NCBI GenBank assembly: GCA_918797485.1
Contig: CAKKNE010000004.1
Coordinates: forward strand, 3,038,001 to 3,102,000
Length of the DNA: 64,000 bases
From: Pelagomonas calceolata
Lineage: Eukaryota
Direction: 5' to 3'
Each line of letters begins with the position of its first letter. The stretch's first letter is position 1. The notes under the pieces are model-generated. The model saw only the letters and a program-made list of their open reading frames with translations, ran no database searches and was not told where the DNA came from. A program made the position numbers and the translations under genes. Positions 53,332 through 63,956 of this stretch are shown in pieces.

Positions 53332-53443
53332 CTTTGCAGGCTGGAGGGAGCAACGTACGCAGCAGCTCGCGCGCGCGAAAGTTAGCGTAGCTAGCGCAGC
53401 AGCAATGCCGCGCCAAAAGCCCAGTAGTCAAAAGCCGAGGCTA

Positions 53444-53465
53444 GCTAGCGGAGTAAGACACTAGC
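53444..53465 (+). promoter_or_regulatory. Conserved upstream element
   Basis: gctagcggagtaagacactagc between divergent genes. Confidence 0.7.
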
Positions 53466-53662
53466 GAGCAAAAAGCCGAGCGTGGATTTTGGCCCTGCAA
53501 ACGAGGTGTGGAGCATAGTCTCTACCGCATGGATCATTAATACATCTGCTTTTGCCTTTCAGCTCAAAAGAACCAGCACTGCGGCATCGCTGGGGGCACA
53601 AACACGACCCTGTGGCCAGGCAGCCTAAAAACCACGACGCCGGTGGGCGCAAGCACGAAAAA

Positions 53663-55108
53663 ATGCCGTTGTCAACGCTATCGACGCTGCCCTGGAGCTG
53701 GCCGGCAATATTCGCAGCGCTCGTGGTCGCTGCGCTCGCGGCGACCGCGCGCCGCAAAGACGACGACGGCAACATCCCCTGGGCCACCGGCGCCATACCG
53801 TTGCTGGGCCACGCGTTGGCCTACAAGCGCGACCCGGCGAGCTTCATTACGGAGCAGCGCAAGCTTGTTGGAGATGTGTTCAGATTAAACCTCGCGGGCA
53901 AGCGTATGATCGTCATCGCGGGCGGCGCTGAGAATGTCAAAGCCGTCGCGTTCGCGTCTGAGCGGCGCTTCTCGGCGAGGGCCGCCGTAAGGGACGTCGG
54001 CTTCGGCGAGCTACTAGGGGAGCGCAACGTCGACGCCGGCACGGACTTCCACGCGCGCGTTTTGCGGCGGTGGCGACTCGACGACGCCGAGATCGCGCAC
54101 CTCGCGAAAGCGCTCGAGGCCGGTCTCGATGCCGAGCTGACGGGCGGCAAAGAAGTGCCCGACTTGCTTGCGGCGATCCGGGGCGCCGTGCTGCGTGCGG
54201 TTCTCGCGCGGCTGATCGGCGGTGGCATCCTCGAGCGCGGCGGCGCGGACCTCGTCGACGCCGTCGTGGAATTTCAAGATGGCGTCGAGGAGGCCACCGC
54301 CGCCGCGGCCGTGTTCCCCCGCTGGCTCGCGCTGCCGCTGATACTCTGGCCGGCGGCGCGGCGGCGGCGGCACCTCGAAAAGCGCATCGCGGCGGCTCTG
54401 GAGGGGGGCGACGGACCGCGCGGGCCCTGGGCGACGGCGTTTGGCGAGCGGGGTTTGCCCGCCGCCATAGCCGCCGAATTTTCTGTTGGACTGCTATTCG
54501 CCGCCCATAAGAATCCAGCAATTGCCTCGTTCCAGGCGTTGTTGTTCCTGCACGAGAGACGGCTCCCGGCGGCGCTCCACGCGTGCATCAATACCGTCGA
54601 CTCGTTCCAGGAGGCTTTAGTTGTTGCCCGTGATCCATCAGCCTCTACCTTGCGCGAGGCGCAGCAGCTGTGTCGCGTCGCGCTCGAGGCGATCCGCCTC
54701 ACGGCGCACACTGTGGGCGCTGTTCGATTGGCGACCGAGGACTGCGCGCTGCCGGGCAATCGCGTCGTGAAGAAGGGCGAGACCGTGGCTCTCTCGCACA
54801 TCGCCTTCTCGCGCGACGAGGCGCTCTGGGGCCCCAACGCGGCGAAATTTAGTACGGCGCGGGAGGCCTACGCTGGCCCGGTGGCCTTCGACGCGCGGGG
54901 CACCGCGGACGACATCGCCTACAGCGCGTTTTCCCAAGGTACGCACAAGTGTCCCGGCGAGCGCGTGGCCTTGGTCATCGTCCAGACGACGCTCGCCTTA
55001 TTGGTGGCGCGCGGCGTGCGGCCCGTGAAGGTGCCACCGCTCTGCTTCGAGCGGGCGACGCTCGCGCAGCGTGCCGCGCCGGTGCGGGCGATTGTTGGTG
55101 TTGTTTAA
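53663..55108 (+). CDS. Cytochrome P450 (CYP51/CYP7-clan-like)
   Basis: N-terminal anchor, IPLLGHAL, EAIR, FSQGTHKCPG heme motif. Confidence 0.88.
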   Translation: MPLSTLSTLPWSWPAIFAALVVAALAATARRKDDDGNIPWATGAIPLLGHALAYKRDPASFITEQRKLVGDVFRLNLAGKRMIVIAGGAENVKAVAFASERRFSARAAVRDVGFGELLGERNVDAGTDFHARVLRRWRLDDAEIAHLAKALEAGLDAELTGGKEVPDLLAAIRGAVLRAVLARLIGGGILERGGADLVDAVVEFQDGVEEATAAAAVFPRWLALPLILWPAARRRRHLEKRIAAALEGGDGPRGPWATAFGERGLPAAIAAEFSVGLLFAAHKNPAIASFQALLFLHERRLPAALHACINTVDSFQEALVVARDPSASTLREAQQLCRVALEAIRLTAHTVGAVRLATEDCALPGNRVVKKGETVALSHIAFSRDEALWGPNAAKFSTAREAYAGPVAFDARGTADDIAYSAFSQGTHKCPGERVALVIVQTTLALLVARGVRPVKVPPLCFERATLAQRAAPVRAIVGVV

Positions 55109-55170
55109 TCAGTCTTGTGAATACAAATATTAGACAAATAAACTTGGGGGATAAACTTGGGGGGCCGAAC

Positions 55171-55815
55171 TCACGTGTTCACCGCCGCGATGTGGTCGTC
55201 GAAGGCGAAGATGCAGTCGTAGGAGCGCAGGCGCTTCGCGAGCTCGTAGGCGTTGTCGCCGTCGCCGTCGAGGCCGCTGGAGATCTCGAGCGACGCGCCG
55301 GCCGCGAGCAGCGCCTTCGCCGCGTCGACGCAATCGTTCGTCGCCGCGCGCTGGAGCGGTGTATAGCCCCACGAGTCGCGCGCGTTCAGGTTCGCGCCGC
55401 GCTCGCAGAGTAGTTGTGTGACGGCGCCTCCAGCGCGCGGCGCCATGCCACACAAATGCAGCGGGCTCGCGGCGCCCGTCAGCACGTCGTTGACCAACTC
55501 CGGATCGTCGTCGAGGAGCCGGGCGACGCGCGTCACATCGCCCTCGCGGATGGCCTGCGCCAGCTCCGTGTAGCCGCCGCCGGCGTAGAGCGGCCCGGGG
55601 ATCGGGTTGTACTCCTCGAACTGCTGGCCGATGACGACGGCGCCCGATTCGTCGCGCTCGACGCGGCCTCCATATATACCCGGCCCGACGGCGTCGGCCT
55701 CCGCGTCCAGGCCCTCGGTGACCGCGAACCGCGCCGAGCCGGGCTTGTGGTACATCGACAGCAGCAGCGGGCTCGCGCCGAGGGGCAGGCAGACGAGGCG
55801 CTTGGCCATGCGCAT
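55171..55815 (-). CDS. Ankyrin repeat protein
   Basis: GAASPLHL, GANLNARDSWGYTPLQRAA. Confidence 0.8.
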   Translation of the reverse strand: MRMAKRLVCLPLGASPLLLSMYHKPGSARFAVTEGLDAEADAVGPGIYGGRVERDESGAVVIGQQFEEYNPIPGPLYAGGGYTELAQAIREGDVTRVARLLDDDPELVNDVLTGAASPLHLCGMAPRAGGAVTQLLCERGANLNARDSWGYTPLQRAATNDCVDAAKALLAAGASLEISSGLDGDGDNAYELAKRLRSYDCIFAFDDHIAAVNT

Positions 55816-56452
55816 GGTTGCGACGTCTAGCTTTGTTGTCTTTTCGATGAGAGAGCGTCGGCCGGAGTATGAATGTGCTTCTTGCGCGCGCGTCGCCCGG
55901 TTTCGTTGCAGCACTACGCGCGAGACCCGGCGGAGAGCTGCTGCTTCACCAGTTGCCACACTTGTGCAAATCGCTGCACTCGTTGCCGCGGTGCACGAAG
56001 TTGCTCGGCAGTCGTACAGAATGACCAGAAGGTGTCGTAGTGCGTTGCTGACGACCTCTCGTTGCACTGAGTCGCCACACTGGCACTGCCAACACGACCA
56101 CTCTCACTGCCGTGGCTGGCTCGATCGTCGGGTGTGGTCTTGCCTCCCGCACAGCTCGTCGCGTTCTCTGCGTCTCGCTGGACCGCTCCATAGAAGTGGA
56201 GCCGTGGAAAATTGCCGAACCCGTTTAATCTGATTAAGGAGAGCAGACAGCCAAATTTCAAATAAATCGGCCTCATACGCGCCGATACGCGGTTCACCTG
56301 ACGAGCCACAGCTGCTGTGAACTCCTCTAATAGCGGTGAGCCGCTGCGCGCGAGAAAACGCCGCGCTGCGCCGCGTAGAAGCTGCGCAAAGCAAATTGGC
56401 GCCGCCGCTCTTTGGCACATAACACAGCCGCGCGGGCCACAAACGAGCAACC

Positions 56453-59400
56453 ATGGACGACGACTTCGAGATGGACGAGGCGGAGCTCGAGCGCATGGAG
56501 GAGGAGATGATGGCCGAGCAGGCCGCGGCCAAGAGCGGCCAGCCCGAGCCCGACGAGGCCCCCACCGACTGGGTGGCCCCCTTCCTGCGGCCGCCGCCGC
56601 CGGCGGATATTGCTTCTAGAGCCATCGCCTTCCAGTGGGTGTCCATCGACATGTACACGGGCGATCCCCTACCTTCCCACCCTAGAGGTGGTCGGGTACC
56701 GGGCGGCAACAAGCGGCCTGTACCTATTGTAAGGTTATACGGTTCGACGGAAGAGGGCCAGTCCGTCTGCGCCCACTGCCACGGCTTCACGCCCTATTGT
56801 TTTGCCCAAGCGCCTCCTGACTTGGATCCGGATGATCGATCCGCGGGGCCGAAGATGCGAGCAGCTCTAGATGCCGCGCTCCGGTCAAAGTGCACAGGAC
56901 AAGAAAAATACGCTTCCGTACTCTGCTTAGGCGTGGAGATTGTGCGCGGCAAGCGAAGTATATTAGGATACAACACGGAGAACAAACCTTTTGTCAAAGT
57001 ATACCTATCGTTACCTACGCTAGTACCCAAGTTGAAACGCTGCTTGAGCGAAGGCGTCGGTGTCGGCAAGGACGTCGCCTGGCGCGCGCAGACGTATGAG
57101 AGCAACGTGCCCTTTGTGTTGCGGTTTATGATCGACAACAACCTAGCCGGCGGCTCGTGGTGCGAGGCGCCCGCGGGGAGCTTCTTTTTGAGAGGTACGC
57201 CGGGCAAGCTGCCGAAGGCTACGAGATGTGACGTGGAGATCGACGTCATCTTCGACTCGCTGATTGCTCATCCTTGTGAAGGGAGCTGGTCTCGGTTGGC
57301 CCCTCTACGCGTCCTCGCGACGGACATCGAGTGCCAGGGCCGCAAGGGCCACTTCCCGGAGCCCGAGAAGGACCCCGTGATCCAGATTTCTTGTGTGGTG
57401 CAACTGCAAGGTTCGGATGAGCCCCTGTGCCAAGTGATCTTCACGCTGAACGGCTGCGCGCCCATAAGCGGCGCGGAGGTCGTCCCCTCGAAGACCGAAG
57501 AAGAACTCCTGCAAAAATGGTCTACTTTTATAAGAAGGGTCGACCCGGACATCATCACGGGGTATAATACGCAAAATTTCGACATGCCGTACTTACTCAA
57601 GAGAGCCGCTGCCTTGGCTAAATCAGGGAAAAAATTAGGAACGTTCTTCGAACTAGGAAGGATTGTGGGTAGTAGAGCTAGGATGCGGGAGACGTCGATC
57701 CAGAGCGCGCAGATGGGTAAACGCGAGAACGTCGACACGACGGTCGACGGTCGGGTCATGTTCGATTTACTACCGTGTGTGGCGGCGTCCTGCCTTCAGT
57801 CTTCGCGTCGACGGCGTCGCCAGCACGCCATCGCCGCGACGCCACACACACAACATCGCAACGAATCGCTCGCACCAAAAGCGCGACACGCGCAGGTACA
57901 TGTTCCGCAACCACAAGCTCTCGTCCTACTCCCTCAACTCCGTCTGTGCGGAATTCTTAGGAATGCAGAAGGAGGACGTGCACCACTCGATTATCTCGGA
58001 GCTGCAGCAGGGCACGGACGAAGATCGGAGAAGATTAGCGGTCTACTGTATTAAGGACTCCTACCTCGTGATTCGATTGATGTGGAAGCTCGCGGTGCTG
58101 ATTAATTATATTGAAATGGCTCGTGTTTGTGGCGTACCTTTGGACTACTTATTGAACCGAGGCCAGCAGATCAAGGTCTTCTCCATGCTTTTGCGGAGGT
58201 GCCGCGCCGAGAATTTGTTAGTGCCGAACCTCGCGAAGCACGGCAACAACGAGGACGTCAAGTTCGAGGGCGCTACCGTGATAGAACCGAAAAGAGCTTT
58301 TTATGAAGAACCCATCGCGACGTTAGATTTCGCGTCTCTGTACCCGTCGATCATGCAAGCCTACAACCTGTGCTACTCGACTTTAATCTCGAAGACGGAC
58401 GCGGAGCGCCAGTTCCCCGGCGGCTCGGGCACGGCCTACAAGCCGTCGCCGCAGTGCGTGGACGGGGTCCACCACTTCGTCACGGCCTCGACCCGAAGAG
58501 GTATCTTACCTAGAATTCTGGAAGATCTACTAGCAGCTCGAAAGCGCGCCAAGGCGGACATGAAGAAGGCCACGGACCCCATGGAGAAGGCCGTGCAGAA
58601 CGGCCGGCAGTTGGCCCTGAAGATTTCCGCGAATTCTGTGTATGGTTTTACGGGTGCCGCGGTGGGCCAATTGCCCTGCCTGCCCATCGCGTCGACCACG
58701 ACGGCCTACGGTAGAACTTTACTGCTACGAACCAGAGAATTCGTCGAAAGTACCTACACCATCGCGAACGGGTACCCCGCCAACGCGGAAGTGGTCTACG
58801 GCGACACGGATTCGGTCATGGTCAACTTCGGCTTCGGGGATGTTGCTGAGACGCTCCCAAAGGCGGAAAAAGTCGCCGAGGAAGTGACGAAGATCTTCCC
58901 TGCGCCAGTGAAATTAGAGTTCGAAAAAGTATACTTTCCTTACTTACTCATGAACAAGAAGAGGTATGCTGGTTTATTATGGACTAGACCAGAAACCCAT
59001 GACTACATGGACGCCAAGGGTCTCGAGACCGTTAGAAGAGATAATTGTTTACTCGTGAGGCAGTTGGTGGATGGTTGTTTGAGAAAGATCATTATCGAGA
59101 GGGACACGAGCGCGGCGATTAACTATGCGAAGCGAGCCATTGCTGATTTGCTGCAAAATAAGATTGACATCGGTCATTTGGTCATTACCAAAGCCTTGTC
59201 CAAAGAGGCCGACTCGAAGGATTATAAAGCAAAATCCGCCCATGCGGAATTAGCCAAAAGGATGCGCCAGCGCGACCCGGGCAGCGCGCCGAACGTCGGC
59301 GACCGCGTCCCGTATGTCATCGTCCAAGCTCCCAAGGGCACGGCCGCGTACGAGAAGGCCGAGGACCCCGTCTATGTGCTGGACCACAACCTGCCACTGG

Positions 59401-59858
59401 ACGCGTCGTATTACTTACAAAATCAGTTAGCGAAACCCTTAACGCGCATCTTCGAGCCGATCATCAAGGACCCCGAGTCGACGTTATTGCGGGGCGACCA
59501 CACGCGCGTCGTCGCGAAGCCGACGCCCGTGGCAAGAAAGGGCGGCATCATGGGCTTCACGAAGAAAACATTACATTGCTTGGGCTGCAAGGCGAAAATA
59601 AGTTCGGGCACGGTCTGCGGGCACTGCAAGCCGCGCGAGGGCGAGGTCTACCTGAAGCGCGTCCACGAGTGCATCGAGCACGAGCGGACCTTCAACGAGC
59701 TCTGGACGCAGTGCCAGCGGTGCCAGGGCTCCCTGCACCAGGACGTCCTCTGCTCGAATTCGGACTGTCCGATCTTCTACAAGCGCAAGAAGGTCCAGGC
59801 CGACCTCCGCGACTCGTCGAGTCACCTGCAGCGCTTCGACGTGGACTTCTCCTGGTAG
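56453..59858 (+). CDS. POLD1: DNA polymerase delta catalytic subunit; intron 57775-57895
   Basis: DIEC, GYN-NFD-PYL, LDFASLYPSIM, KISANSVYGFTG, YGDTDS, C-terminal CysA/CysB; splicing gives FDLLP|YMFRNHKLSSYSLN. Confidence 0.97.
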
Positions 59859-60442
59859 TTTGCTTGGGTGGGCGTAACTTAGGTTTAGGTGTAGTTCTTC
59901 CTTGTTCTACCCGCGACGGTCGGCGACTCGGCGACGACGACTGCGGGCGGCTGCTTGTTAACCGTGACGCCGCCGAATAAAGAGCATACCCGCACGAGAC
60001 AATATATCAAGCATATATCTATTTTGAATTTTTTTTTAGTATACCTATCACTGATACCTATATATATAATATATACCTAGGTCTGGGTACCCTGCCACGC
60101 AAAACGGGTTCTCTCAGAGGGCAAGTACCTGCGTCTCTGGCGCTTGAAGCCGCCCTAGGCGATTTATACGAAACTGCCAATCACGTGAAGACCTTCTCCG
60201 GCTGAAAGCTTGCGGGTTCAGACTGGACATGCGTACTTTTCACTTCGCGGGCGCCTGCGCCACAGCAATGGACTCGCTGTGAGCACATAGTCCATTGCAA
60301 GGCGAGCACATAGTCAGTATTAGCTGCCGCGGCTTTTCGACGACTCAAGAGTCTGCCACCAGGGAGCACAGAGGCAGCCAAAATAGCCTCTAATTCTGGC
60401 AGCTTGACCACCGCGCAGCCGTCGTAGACACGCTCCAGGACC

Positions 60443-62528
60443 ATGTCGCAGTTCCAAGGCACGCCAGAATCGGCCGAGCAACGAGCCCAAAGGGCTCTCG
60501 CCCGCGGCACCGAGGCGCTCCAGCGCGGCGACGCGGCGGCCGCGGTCACGCATCTCGAGGAGGCCGTCGAGCTCGACGCGAGCTGCGGCGACGCCTGGTA
60601 TAATTTAGGTGTCGCGCGGGAGGGCGCCGGCGATGTACTGGACAGCGCATAAATCAAATTGTCGCGGCGTTCGACTCACTGATTGATTACGCACAGGCCG
60701 CGGGAGCGGCCAAAGCTTACGTCGAGGCGGCCCGCCTAGAGCCGGGCGCCGCGGACGCGAGGCTGAACCTCGCCGGCGCGTTGCAGCGCGCCCGGGCCCC
60801 GGCGTCGGCCGTCGAGGCCGAGTGCCGGCGCGCCTTCGAGCTCGACGCTTCTTTGGCGCGACGGCGCGCGACGCGCCTGTCGCGCTCTGTGTGGAAATCA
60901 AAATTTTACGGCGCGTTCTGAATCATCGCGTCGTCCTCCACGCCATCGACGCGACGCCTGCTCGATGGCGTGGCGATGCCGGTTCCTCGCCGCTCGACCG
61001 AGCCAGGACGGCCGCGTCATCGCCGAGAAATGACTTAGTGAAGAATTGTCGGTGCACCCGAAACACTGGTTGATTTCCACACAGGTCGCGCTTCCGGCCG
61101 CCGCCCTGGGACCGGCCCTGGGCGCGCGCCGTCGAGCGGCTCTGGGACTCGCTCAAGGCGGCGAACTACGGGCGGGACGCGGTGCGGCGGCGCGTCAACG
61201 CGGCCGCGGGCGGCACGGTCCTGCATCGGTCCTACCCGTCGGGGCGGGACTGGCACGAGCTCCGGCTGTCGCTGACCGCGGCCGCCCTCGACGACCTGGA
61301 GACGGACGCGCTGGGGACGCTCGTCGCGTGCTTCCTCGTCGGCGTCGCCGTCGCCGAGGCGGCGCTCGCCAGAGCATTGGGCCAGGACAGCACCGCGCAG
61401 CTACGACGGGCGGGCGTCCTCGTCGACGTCGACGTTAAGGACGGCCGGCGGTGCTGCGGCGCGCTCCAGCTCTTCCCGGTCCTCGACGACGACGTGATAG
61501 CCACGGACTGGTCGTCGGAGACGCTGCTCGACGCGAACGACGCGGTCATGTCCGTGGGCACGGAGTCGCTCGAGCTCGCGCTCCTCGCGCCGCCGCCAAA
61601 GCGCGGCGCGCGCGTGCTGGATTTGTGCTGCGGGAGCGGCGTGCAGGGCGTCGTCGCGCTCTGCCGGGGCGCGGCCTCCGTGACCTTCGTGCGCGCCCGC
61701 GTCGAAATCTTCTCGCCGGTAGCGGCGATGGCGTGCAGGTGGGGTCTGCTCCGTCTCTACGCCATCGACGCGCCGCGAAGTTCACGCCGAGAGAGCCTCG
61801 CCACAGTTCCGAGCATACGAGCGCGACGCGACGTCACGACGCCGCGAACGCAGGTCGACACGAGCCGGCGCGCGCTCGCGTTCTGCCGCGTCAACGTCCT
61901 CGGCTGCGAGCGGCGCGGGCGCCTCGGCGACTCGCGGTTCCTGCGGTGCGACGCGCGGCACGCGCGGGACGTCGCGCTGCGGGCGGGCGGGCGCGCCTTC
62001 GACGTCGTGCTGGCGAACCCGCCCTTCGTCGCCGGCGGGTCGTCGCGCTTCGCGGCGGGCGGCGACGACGGTTGCCGCGTTCTGGAGCCGCTGGTGCGGA
62101 GCCTGGCGGCGCATGTTGGGAGAGGCGGCTACGCGTGCGTCGTGAGCGAGTTCTACGCCTCGTCGGAGCGGCCCGAGGGCTGGCTGCCGCCGTGCCCCGG
62201 CCTCGACGCGCTGCTGGTGCGCGACCCGCGCCAGGCCGAGAACCCGCGGGACTACGCCTCGGGGCGGGGGCTCCCCGCCGACGTCGGCGAGGGCCTGCGG
62301 CGGCGGGGCGTCGTCGCCGTCTGCTCCGGCTTGCTGGTCCTGCGGCCCGTGCACGCGCTGCGCGAGACGAAGAGGCTGCTCGACGTCGCCGACGGCGCGG
62401 CGGAGTCGGACGCCCTCGCGCTGGAGTCGTTCCTCGAGCGGCCCTCGGCCACGACGCGCGTCTCGCGGGAGGCGATGCGCTTCGTCTGGCGCGACCCCGA
62501 CGCCGTCGAGGAGCCGCCGCCGCCCTGA
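60443..62528 (+). CDS. TPR + class I SAM methyltransferase (HemK/MTS-like); introns 60635-60696, 60879-61084, 61689-61853
   Basis: DAWYNLGVA TPR; VLDLCCGSGVQG; FDVVLANPPF; removing the three introns gives one continuous frame. Confidence 0.8.
60635..60696 (+). mobile_element. Decayed introner-derived intron
   Basis: GT 8 nt before CAGCGCATAAATCAAATTGTCGCGGCG (shared with the 13.9-kb element); ends GATTACGCACAG. Confidence 0.7.
60887..61084 (+). mobile_element. Intact introner element: 15-bp TIR, perfect 8-bp TSD GTCGCGCT
   Basis: CTGTGTGGAAATCAA...TTGATTTCCACACAG; TSD at 60879-60886 and 61085-61092. Confidence 0.95.
61689..61853 (+). mobile_element. Decayed in-frame introner-derived intron
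   Basis: GT 8 nt before CCGCGTCGAAATC; internal gatggcgtg / acgccatcgacgcg; removal gives SVTF|VDTS. Confidence 0.65.
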
Positions 62529-63018
62529 TCGATCCTTTTTCCTAATCGAGTGTTTTCCTGTCTACTACTAGCTTCTCGGCCGCTCGCGACGACAATTTAG
62601 TAGACTGCTCGCGCTTCTGCACAGGAGACGGTCTTACCTAGGTACAACCTGCCACGACTTAGCGAGCGAGCCGCGACTTACCACAGCCTCCTACACTACT
62701 TCCAGCCGGGTCATTGGTGGTAAGTGCGGGTTTTCATCGTCGACCCAAGTCACTTGCCTCCGCCGCAGTCGCGCAAGGAATTAAGCACTACTTGTGACGC
62801 TTAGAACAGTTGGACTCGTCGTTGTTATATCCCGACGGCGAAACGACTGCAACGTACGTGACTCGAGGCAAGTCTCACAAGTCGAGAGGAGCGCTCGCAG
62901 GCGACCAAATTATATAAACGAGATGGTCCAAAGAAGGCAGAGCTCTTCCGTGATTGGGGTTTCGCGTCTGCCCGTGCCCGGGCCGAGGCTCTGATAGAAG
63001 CATTGCCAGGATCGACGT

Positions 63019-63324
63019 TTGGCAAGAAGACGCGGGCGCGTGAGTCGTTGTCTCGCGGTCGCCACGAACGTGGTCGTCGGGAGGCAGTACACGTTCGAGA
63101 TCCGCGGCCTCGGCCAGGACGCGATGCAGTCCTCCTTCAGCCTCTGGGTGCACGGCCACGTCGTCGTCGCGAGCGCGACCGGCGGTCGGCGGGGTCCCGT
63201 CTCGCTGTCCTTTACGGTCCCCGCGTACAAGGGCCCTCCCGCCCCGACGCCGGCGCCGACCGCGACGACGACGACCGTTACGACGCGGCCCCACTACTTC
63301 GAGGACGACCGAGTCGAGATCTAA
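63019..63324 (+). other. Possible gene fragment without ATG
   Basis: GC3-rich open frame ending at TAA 63324, preceded by non-coding-looking DNA. Confidence 0.3.
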
Positions 63325-63339
63325 GAACCAAGCTCCGAA

Positions 63340-63361
63340 CTAGCGCCTGTAAGACACTAGC
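63340..63361 (+). promoter_or_regulatory. Conserved upstream element
   Basis: ctagcgcctgtaagacactagc. Confidence 0.7.
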
Positions 63362-63529
63362 AAGCTCGAGCGCCTCGATAGGACGCGCAAAGCTCGCAGC
63401 TCACACAGCAGCGTGCCGCGTACATGATTTTCATAGCACAAGGACGCGCCCAAGGCAAGCAGAACACGTGAGACGACTCACAACCTCTCCACAGCCACCA
63501 AAGCAAACAGCTCATCTGCGAGAGCAAAC

Positions 63530-63948
63530 ATGGACGAGCCGCAAGACGACAGCGACGAGCACGCGCCCGCCTCGGCATTGATCGCCCTGCCGCCCGACGC
63601 CCTAGCTCGAGTCTGCGCCTACCTCGAGACGCGCGCCGCGCGCCGGCTCCACGCGTCGGCAAAAGTCTCCGCCCGGGCCCTCGGCAGCGAGGCCTGGGCC
63701 GCGGTCATCAAAACGAACCACGGCGGCCTCAAGCTCCGGCCCAAGGAGTTGGAAGGAGCCAAGGCCCACGCGGCCCTCCAAACGCTCCACCGCCGCGCGC
63801 GGTCGGCGCGCATGCGGTCCGACGTCCGGCGGCACACGAACCCCAGCGCGGGCTGGGGCCTGCCGGGCTTCCACGGCCTCGCGACGGACGGCGGCGTCGA
63901 CGAGGGCGACGCGACGTACTGGTGCGACGCGCTCTTCCGGCCCGAGCC
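63530..63948 (+). CDS. F-box-like protein, first exon (partial)
   Basis: LIALPPDALARVCAYL; interrupted by an introner at 63949. Confidence 0.55.
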
Positions 63949-63956
63949 GTAGTTTG

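Noticed and set aside
56453..59858. Family B polymerase as a sign of a virus or Polinton
   Set aside because: Has the Pol delta C-terminal Cys motifs and host gene context; no capsid, ATPase or integrase nearby
59995..60085. AT-rich island as an origin or element end
   Set aside because: Short low-complexity tract after the POLD1 stop; most simply a 3'/terminator region
1925..63361. Recurrent 22-bp motif as CRISPR repeats or a splice donor (contains GTAAG)
   Set aside because: Copies are kilobases apart, in both orientations, in a eukaryotic context with no cas genes; orientation independence argues against a splice site
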